A DNA stretch of 64,000 nt from Enterobacteria phage vB_EcoM_IME339, in sequence record MH051915. One strand, 5' to 3'. How positions within the stretch are numbered: position 1 is the first letter of the stretch; each line of letters opens with the position of its first letter. The notes below the pieces were generated by a model that saw nothing but the letters and a program-made list of their open reading frames with translations, did no database searches and was not told where the DNA came from. Position numbers and translations under genes: made by a program. Positions 57,863-64,000 of the stretch are shown here, one piece after another.

Positions 57863-58545
57863 TGTTTGATTTTATTATAGATTTTGAAACAATGGGAAGC
57901 GGTGAAAAGGCAGCTGTTATTGATTTGGCTGTTATTGCCTTTGACCCTAATCCAGAAGTAGTTGAAACGTTTGATGAATTAGTTTCACGTGGCATCAAAA
58001 TCAAATTTGATTTAAAAAGCCAAAAAGGACATCGTCTTTTTACTAAAAGCACTATCGAATGGTGGAAAAATCAGTCTCCTGAAGCTCGAAAAAATATTGC
58101 ACCATCAGATGAAGATGTAAGCACTATCGATGGTATTGTAAAATTTAATGATTACATCAATGCGCATAACATCGATCCTTGGAAATCTCAAGGCTGGTGC
58201 CGTGGAATGTCGTTTGATTTTCCAATTTTAGTCGATCTCATTCGCGATATTCAACGTCTTAATGGCGTTTCTGAGAATGAACTTGACACATTTAAGTTAG
58301 AACCATGTAAATTCTGGAATCAGCGTGATATTCGTACCAGAATTGAAGCACTTCTCCTTGTTCGTGATATGACCACGTGTCCTCTTCCAAAAGGAACTTT
58401 GGATGGATTCGTTGCACATGATTCTATTCATGACTGTGCGAAAGACATCCTGATGATGAAGTATGCTTTGCGATATGCTATGGGTCTTGAAGATGCCCCG
58501 TCAGAGGAAGAGTGCGATCCTCTGTCTCTTCCAACAAAACGATAA
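57862..58545 (+). CDS. dexA: exonuclease A (DexA, DEDD family)
   Basis: 227 aa; N-terminal DFETMG motif; T4 DexA length. Confidence 0.9.
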   Translation: MFDFIIDFETMGSGEKAAVIDLAVIAFDPNPEVVETFDELVSRGIKIKFDLKSQKGHRLFTKSTIEWWKNQSPEARKNIAPSDEDVSTIDGIVKFNDYINAHNIDPWKSQGWCRGMSFDFPILVDLIRDIQRLNGVSENELDTFKLEPCKFWNQRDIRTRIEALLLVRDMTTCPLPKGTLDGFVAHDSIHDCAKDILMMKYALRYAMGLEDAPSEEECDPLSLPTKR

Positions 58546-58551
58546 AAAGTT

Positions 58552-58581
58552 GTTTACTTCCTCGGTTAGTTGTGGTATTAT
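58552..58581 (+). promoter_or_regulatory. early promoter
   Basis: GTTTAC, 18 nt, TATTAT. Confidence 0.5.
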
Positions 58582-58608
58582 AACACCATAGCTGCTGAGG
58601 ATAATAAA

Positions 58609-59112
58609 ATGAAAATTTATCGTGTTGAATCATCATTTAGTATTCTTAATTGTGAAGATGCTATAACAATACGTCGAAATCTTTGTGTTCAAATAACGCC
58701 GTACAGGAGTATAATAGATTCATGGAGCGAAGAGTGGTTATTACACGTAGGTTATGATAGACCTAATTTTACGCATCATAGTAATGATAACAAAAGAATT
58801 CCTCTTCCGCGCGAAGACAAATTATTAGTTAAAAATGCTAATATAGCAATTAATACTAACTTTGAGAAAGAAGAATATGTAGGCGTAGATCATTATATTC
58901 CCGGATGGTTTATAGCTCTTTATCATTTTGCTTTCGCTAGTGAATATGATATGATGAGATGGTTCACACGAGAAGAGCGTGAAGAATTATCTTCTAAAGG
59001 ATTTTATCTTGCTGTATACGAAGTGCCAGATGACCAAGTTATCATTGGCGGGCACCAAGTAATGTTCCGCAAATCCCATGCTGAACTTGTAGATTTTATT
59101 GAAATGAGATAA
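58609..59112 (+). CDS. hypothetical protein (167 aa)
   Basis: ORF track 58570; ATG 58609 behind GAGGA. Confidence 0.5.
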   Translation: MKIYRVESSFSILNCEDAITIRRNLCVQITPYRSIIDSWSEEWLLHVGYDRPNFTHHSNDNKRIPLPREDKLLVKNANIAINTNFEKEEYVGVDHYIPGWFIALYHFAFASEYDMMRWFTREEREELSSKGFYLAVYEVPDDQVIIGGHQVMFRKSHAELVDFIEMR

Positions 59113-59114
59113 TT

Positions 59115-59657
59115 ATGAAATTTAATTATAATCCTGAATACACCCCAAATCCTATAGATAAAATATTTGATATGGATATAGCAAGCATGTACGGCACTCT
59201 TGTTAAACCATTAGAAATTAAGGAAACTTTTATGACTGCTCGGACCATCGAAATTGGCAAAATCTACAAACTGGTTGAAACTGAAATTAAAACTACTGAA
59301 CTAAGTTTGGGTTATAAAGCATTGACTAGTGTTTTTGGTGAAGGCGAGTTTGTGGTTAAAAGTTTTTCAAAAAGTAACTGGCACGATAAGAATAAAGCTT
59401 ACGTGATTCGAGCACAACGCTTAGATAATGATGAAGTAATTAAAACTATAGTCTTTGAAGCAGAGCTTATCCTCTTTCAAGAATGCGATCCTACTGACCT
59501 TCTAACTCGTGCAGTAGCTATTAAGACCCCATTTATTTCGGTCTGTGGTTGGGTAACAGACCAGTGGATTGAAGATGGTGTTGAACTTCTGAATGTTGTT
59601 CATGCAGGTGATTTTAGTGTAGTACCTCGTAGTGCGGTGGTAGCTATTTTGAATTAA
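59115..59657 (+). CDS. hypothetical protein (180 aa), paralog of next ORF
   Basis: C-terminus ...VTDQWIEDGVELLNVVHAGDFSVVP matches next ORF. Confidence 0.5.
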   Translation: MKFNYNPEYTPNPIDKIFDMDIASMYGTLVKPLEIKETFMTARTIEIGKIYKLVETEIKTTELSLGYKALTSVFGEGEFVVKSFSKSNWHDKNKAYVIRAQRLDNDEVIKTIVFEAELILFQECDPTDLLTRAVAIKTPFISVCGWVTDQWIEDGVELLNVVHAGDFSVVPRSAVVAILN

Positions 59658-59659
59658 TA

Positions 59660-59689
59660 GTTTACAAACTCTTGGGACCAGAGTATAAT
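59660..59689 (+). promoter_or_regulatory. early promoter with inverted repeat over -10
   Basis: GTTTAC, 18 nt, 'gggaccagagTATAATggtccc'. Confidence 0.55.
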
Positions 59690-59733
59690 GGTCCCGCGGA
59701 GTATAAAATCTTTTTAACAAGTGAGAGATAACT

Positions 59734-60225
59734 ATGATTATTAATATTGGTGAAATTGCTCGTGTATCTGATAAATCCCGTTCTAAAGCAGCAGGAAAAT
59801 TGGTCGAAATTGTAAGCATTCAGCTTAAACATGGTGTTAAAGATGAAGATTCTGAAGTAAAAGTGCGTATCATTCCTAAAGATGGAAAGTCTAAACCTCA
59901 GTTTGGCTATGTTCGTGCGAAATTTCTTGAATCTGCGTTTTTGAAAGCTGTTCCTGCTAAAGGAATTGAAACAATTGATACTTCGCATGTAGGTGTAGAC
60001 TTTAAGTGGAAACTCGGTCAGGCTATTAAGTTCGTTGCTCCTTGTGAATTCGAATTTACCGAAGGTGAGGAAGGGGTTGTTCACCGTACCCGCGCTATGT
60101 GTGCATACATTACCGATCAATGGGTAGAAGATGGCGTTAAGTTGTACAACGCAGTATTTTTAGGAACATACAAAGTCATTCCCGAAAGTTGGATTAAACA
60201 CTATAGCAAAGCCCGCTATGCATAA
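59734..60225 (+). CDS. MotB-like protein (163 aa)
   Basis: Size and map position of T4 motB; identity not verifiable here. Confidence 0.5.
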   Translation: MIINIGEIARVSDKSRSKAAGKLVEIVSIQLKHGVKDEDSEVKVRIIPKDGKSKPQFGYVRAKFLESAFLKAVPAKGIETIDTSHVGVDFKWKLGQAIKFVAPCEFEFTEGEEGVVHRTRAMCAYITDQWVEDGVKLYNAVFLGTYKVIPESWIKHYSKARYA

Positions 60226-60236
60226 AATTTAAAATT

Positions 60237-60326
60237 TTTTCATAAAACTATATACATCAGTAGTTGATTATGGTACTATATCAATATCAACTACTGATAC
60301 AGAAAAACAACTTGGAGAATAAAATG
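60237..60326 (+). promoter_or_regulatory. repeated promoter-leader cassette, copy 5
   Basis: '...atcagtagttgattatggtactatatcaatatcaactactgatacag...cttggagaataaaATG'; -35 region replaced by inverted repeat of the leader. Confidence 0.55.
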
Positions 60327-60593
60327 GAAAACTTAATTATCATCGAACAATCTTTCAACGATTATGGTATGGCTTATGGTTATCGTGCGATAATGGAAGA
60401 TTCTCGTGGATGTGTTATCGATATTGCAGAATGTAAAGATTTACTGCAGCTTTTGAAGATTGTTCGTAAAAATTGGGATTGTGAAAACATTAAAGTTCGT
60501 GTTGTAACGGAAGAAGAAACTGTTTTTCATGATGTAAAATTTGCCAAAGGTGCTGCTACTCTTCTGAAACGCATCGCTCCACTGTTCAATTAA
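60324..60593 (+). CDS. hypothetical protein (89 aa) behind cassette copy 5
   Basis: ORF track 60264 (extension rejected); ATG 60324. Confidence 0.5.
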   Translation: MENLIIIEQSFNDYGMAYGYRAIMEDSRGCVIDIAECKDLLQLLKIVRKNWDCENIKVRVVTEEETVFHDVKFAKGAATLLKRIAPLFN

Positions 60594-60606
60594 TGAGGAA
60601 ATTGTA

Positions 60607-60822
60607 ATGAAACGTAAAATTGTTCAGAACTGCACTAATGACGAATTTGAAGATGTATTATTTGATCCAGATTTGGTAGTGGTTCAAAAAGAACATACCG
60701 TTAAGTTTACTCACTTGACTTCGGTTTATGTGTATGAAAAGGTTGGTGATAAACAGCCAATTTACGGTGTATTTCGTGAAATTACTGAAGATGGCACAAC
60801 TTACTGGAAGGAAATTTATTAA
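60607..60822 (+). CDS. hypothetical protein (71 aa; cef map position)
   Basis: ORF track; same length as T4 Cef. Confidence 0.45.
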   Translation: MKRKIVQNCTNDEFEDVLFDPDLVVVQKEHTVKFTHLTSVYVYEKVGDKQPIYGVFREITEDGTTYWKEIY

Positions 60823-61241
60823 TGGCTATTAGATTTGAAGTTAATAAATGGTATCAATTTAAAAATAAACAAGCTCAAGAAAATTTTATTAAAGACCATA
60901 CTGATAACGGAATCTATGCACGACGTTTAGGTATGAAACCTTTTAAAATTTTAGATGCTGATTATCTTGGGCGTCCTACTAAAATTATGTTATCTACTGG
61001 CACAATTGGATATGCAAAACATGGCGATATCCTTGACGAAAACTTTATCTGGCTTTCTACTAACGAAGCTGGGTTCTTTGATGAAGTGGAAAATCCATAT
61101 CAGGCTGCTGAAGAACAAGAGCAGGAAGAGCAAGAACAAATAGAAGATTTCACAGAATTCCCTGTCATGAAAGTTACTATTGAAAATAATGAACAGGCAT
61201 GGTCTTTGTATCAGATGTTGAAAGCACACTTTAAGGAATAA
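60822..61241 (+). CDS. hypothetical protein (139 aa) with acidic [10 protein letters not shown] tract
   Basis: ORF track; goF map position. Confidence 0.5.
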   Translation: MAIRFEVNKWYQFKNKQAQENFIKDHTDNGIYARRLGMKPFKILDADYLGRPTKIMLSTGTIGYAKHGDILDENFIWLSTNEAGFFDEVENPYQAAEEQEQEEQEQIEDFTEFPVMKVTIENNEQAWSLYQMLKAHFKE

Positions 61242-61243
61242 TT

Positions 61244-61420
61244 ATGCCAATGTATGATTATAAATGCCAATCCGAAGATTGTGGGCATGAATATGAAAAA
61301 ATTAAAAAGATTTCTGAACGAGAAAATGATGTTTGCCCTAAATGTCATCGTTTGTCTACTCGTCGGCCTTCTGCTCCTAAGCATGTGAATGGTGGATTTT
61401 ACGACTTACTTAAAGGGTAA
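61244..61420 (+). CDS. zinc-ribbon small protein (58 aa)
   Basis: Hand-translated MPMYDYKCQSEDCGHEY...CPKCH (FmdB-like CxxC pairs). Confidence 0.4.
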   Translation: MPMYDYKCQSEDCGHEYEKIKKISERENDVCPKCHRLSTRRPSAPKHVNGGFYDLLKG

Positions 61421-61422
61421 TT

Positions 61423-61794
61423 ATGTTTAAAATTGGTAAGAAATATCGTGTTCGCGAAGGTGAAGAAAAGAAATATCTACTTTCTTCTATTTATAGGAAT
61501 GGTTCTATTAATGCCGTAATATCTACAAGTGAATTTATCGTTGAAGATATGAAAGGTAATAATGTTACAATGATTAGTACAGCATCTGGAAATGATGGAA
61601 AAATTCTTCACAGTTTTCAGAGTAATGTTCTAATTTATGATGAAGAATTTGACTTCTTCGAAGAAGTTACAGAAGATTTTGATTTTGAATGCACTATCAC
61701 TATGAAATCTGGCGACCCTATTTCTTTTACAGTTAAAGATGAAAGAAGTCGCTTGAGAATTATTAGTCTCCTTCAAGCCATTAAATTTGAGTGA
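61423..61794 (+). CDS. hypothetical protein (123 aa)
   Basis: ORF track. Confidence 0.5.
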   Translation: MFKIGKKYRVREGEEKKYLLSSIYRNGSINAVISTSEFIVEDMKGNNVTMISTASGNDGKILHSFQSNVLIYDEEFDFFEEVTEDFDFECTITMKSGDPISFTVKDERSRLRIISLLQAIKFE

Positions 61795-61798
61795 AATT

Positions 61799-62059
61799 AT
61801 GAAATATGTTAATCGTTCTATCGCGGCATTAGTATTAGCAGTATCTTTAGTAGGATGTACTGATGCTGACAATGCAACCAAAGTTTTGTCTTCAAGTGGT
61901 TTTACTAATATTGAAATCACTGGATATAATTGGTTTGGTTGCTCTGAAAATGATTTCCAACATACTGGATTTCGTGCTATTGGACCTACCGGGCAGAAAG
62001 TAGAAGGAACAGTATGTTCTGGTCTTTTCTTCAAGGATTCGACTATCCGTTTTAAATAA
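61799..62059 (+). CDS. lipoprotein (86 aa)
   Basis: Signal peptide plus lipobox LVGC; followed by terminator. Confidence 0.55.
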   Translation: MKYVNRSIAALVLAVSLVGCTDADNATKVLSSSGFTNIEITGYNWFGCSENDFQHTGFRAIGPTGQKVEGTVCSGLFFKDSTIRFK

Positions 62060-62078
62060 AAGGCCTTCGGGCCTTTAG
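62060..62078 (+). terminator. UUCG-hairpin terminator (aaggcCTTCGggcctt)
   Basis: Followed by 'ggagtataat' promoter-like segment before gene 39. Confidence 0.6.
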
Positions 62079-62128
62079 CTTTATGATTACCGGAGTATAA
62101 TATTCCCGAAACCAAACGAGGATAAGTG

Positions 62129-63946
62129 ATGATTAAGAATGAAATTAAAATTCTGAGCGATATTGAACATATCAAAAAGCGTAGCGGCATGTATATTGGC
62201 TCTTCTGCTAATGAAATGCATGAGCGCTTTCTGTTTGGTAAATGGGAAAGTGTTCAGTATGTACCTGGTCTTGTTAAGCTTATTGATGAAATTATCGATA
62301 ACTCAGTAGATGAAGGTATTCGTACTAAGTTTAAATTCGCAAATAAAATTAATGTTACTATCAAAAACAATCAAGTAACAGTTGAAGATAACGGTCGTGG
62401 TATTCCACAAGCGATGGTTAAAACACCTACCGGTGAAGAAATTCCTGGTCCAGTTGCTGCATGGACTATTCCAAAAGCAGGTGGTAACTTTGGTGATGAT
62501 AAAGAACGCGTCACCGGCGGTATGAACGGCGTTGGTTCTAGTTTAACTAACATTTTTTCTGTGATGTTTGTCGGTGAAACTGGCGACGGTCAAAATAATA
62601 TTGTAGTTCGTTGTTCAAACGGCATGGAAAATAAATCATGGGAAGATATTCCTGGAAAATGGAAAGGAACTCGCGTTACTTTCATTCCCGATTTTATGTC
62701 ATTTGAAACTAATGAGCTATCTCAGGTTTATCTTGACATTACACTGGATCGTCTCCAGACACTTGCAGTAGTTTATCCTGATATTCAATTTACCTTTAAT
62801 GGTAAAAAGGTTCAGGGTAATTTTAAGAAATATGCACGTCAATATGATGAACATGCTATCGTTCAAGAACAAGAAAACTGTTCTATTGCGGTTGGTCGTT
62901 CACCGGATGGTTTTCGTCAATTAACATACGTCAATAACATTCATACTAAGAATGGCGGCCATCACATTGACTGCGTTATGGATGATATTTGTGAAGACCT
63001 TATTCCGCAAATCAAACGTAAATTCAAAATTGATGTAACTAAAGCACGTGTTAAAGAATGTTTGACTATCGTTATGTTTGTTCGTGATATGAAAAACATG
63101 CGATTTGATTCTCAAACTAAAGAGCGTTTGACTTCTCCTTTTGGTGAAATTCGTAGTCATATTCAGCTTGATGCTAAAAAGATTTCACGCGCTATTTTAA
63201 ATAATGAAGCAATTTTAATGCCAATCATTGAAGCTGCCTTGGCTCGTAAATTGGCGGCAGAAAAAGCAGCAGAAACTAAAGCAGCTAAAAAGGCTTCTAA
63301 AGCTAAGGTTCATAAACATATTAAAGCGAATCTTTGTGGTAAAGATGCTGACACTACTCTTTTCTTGACTGAGGGTGATTCTGCTATCGGATATCTTATT
63401 GATGTTCGTGATAAAGAACTTCATGGTGGTTATCCATTACGTGGTAAAGTTCTCAACAGTTGGGGTATGTCATATGCTGATATGCTTAAAAATAAAGAAC
63501 TGTTTGATATTTGCGCAATCACTGGATTAGTTCTTGGTGAAAAGGCTGAAAACTTAAATTATCATAATATTGCCATTATGACTGACGCTGACCATGATGG
63601 TCTAGGAAGCATTTATCCTTCTCTGCTCGGATTTTTTAGTAATTGGCCAGAACTGTTTGAACAAGGAAGAATTCGCTTTGTCAAAACTCCTGTAATCATC
63701 GCTCAGGTCGGTAAAAAACAAGAATGGTTTTATACAGTCGCTGAATATGAGAGTGCCAAAGATGCTCTACCTAAACATAGCATCCGTTATATTAAAGGAC
63801 TTGGCTCTTTGGAAAAATCTGAATATCGTGAGATGATTCAAAATCCAGTATATGATGTTGTTAAACTTCCTGAGAACTGGAAAGAGCTTTTTGAAATGCT
63901 CATGGGAGATAATGCTGACCTTCGTAAAGAATGGATGAGCCAATAG
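62129..63946 (+). CDS. 39: DNA topoisomerase II large subunit, uninterrupted
   Basis: 605 aa; GyrB-like ATPase motifs; extends through the region T4 splits into gene 60. Confidence 0.95.
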   Translation: MIKNEIKILSDIEHIKKRSGMYIGSSANEMHERFLFGKWESVQYVPGLVKLIDEIIDNSVDEGIRTKFKFANKINVTIKNNQVTVEDNGRGIPQAMVKTPTGEEIPGPVAAWTIPKAGGNFGDDKERVTGGMNGVGSSLTNIFSVMFVGETGDGQNNIVVRCSNGMENKSWEDIPGKWKGTRVTFIPDFMSFETNELSQVYLDITLDRLQTLAVVYPDIQFTFNGKKVQGNFKKYARQYDEHAIVQEQENCSIAVGRSPDGFRQLTYVNNIHTKNGGHHIDCVMDDICEDLIPQIKRKFKIDVTKARVKECLTIVMFVRDMKNMRFDSQTKERLTSPFGEIRSHIQLDAKKISRAILNNEAILMPIIEAALARKLAAEKAAETKAAKKASKAKVHKHIKANLCGKDADTTLFLTEGDSAIGYLIDVRDKELHGGYPLRGKVLNSWGMSYADMLKNKELFDICAITGLVLGEKAENLNYHNIAIMTDADHDGLGSIYPSLLGFFSNWPELFEQGRIRFVKTPVIIAQVGKKQEWFYTVAEYESAKDALPKHSIRYIKGLGSLEKSEYREMIQNPVYDVVKLPENWKELFEMLMGDNADLRKEWMSQ

Positions 63947-63975
63947 TTTACTTTACCACAAGGATGTGGTATAAT
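63946..63975 (+). promoter_or_regulatory. early promoter, near-duplicate of the one at 19734-19763
   Basis: GTTTAC, 18 nt, 'ccacaaggatgtggTATAAT'. Confidence 0.55.
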
Positions 63976-64000
63976 TAATTGGGTAAATGAGGATATTGAA

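Noticed and set aside
62129-63946. Gene 60 translational bypass (50-nt hop) and mobA insertion
   Set aside because: The topoisomerase large subunit is a single 605-aa ORF running through the region T4 splits, so no hop element is expected or seen.

Overview
This window is a ~64-kb slice of a T4-like (T-even) myovirus genome, reverse-complemented relative to the conventional T4 map, so almost every gene is on the + strand. It is AT-rich and densely packed with short overlapping genes (ATGA/TAATG junctions). It runs from the e.x ORFs, nudE, lysozyme e and denV through regB, tk, rI, nrdC, 49, nrdD/G/H, 55, a-gt, 47, 46, 45, 44, 62, regA, 43, imm, 42, uvsX, 40, 41, dmd, sp, 61, 56, soc, modB/modA, dda and dexA to topoisomerase gene 39. 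Core genes were recognised by recalled similarity to T4 proteins and by domain motifs; nothing was searched, and coordinates of features not in the ORF track are approximate (a few nt). Differences from T4 as I recall it: nrdD is uninterrupted (no group I intron), gene 39 is a single 605-aa ORF (no separate gene 60), no obvious seg/mob homing endonucleases, no dam between 61 and 56, and a DxD-type glycosyltransferase sits where T4 has beta-gt. The most system-like signal is a dispersed ~85-bp promoter-leader cassette present in 5-6 copies, each fronting a different accessory gene. Other candidates are a four-gene tandem paralog array, a nucleotidyltransferase next to an AAA ATPase, a macro-domain protein, a GrcA-like glycyl-radical gene with a host-codon 3' half, and an e-proximal array of membrane-protein paralogs. 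Whether any of these is undescribed cannot be decided without database searches.
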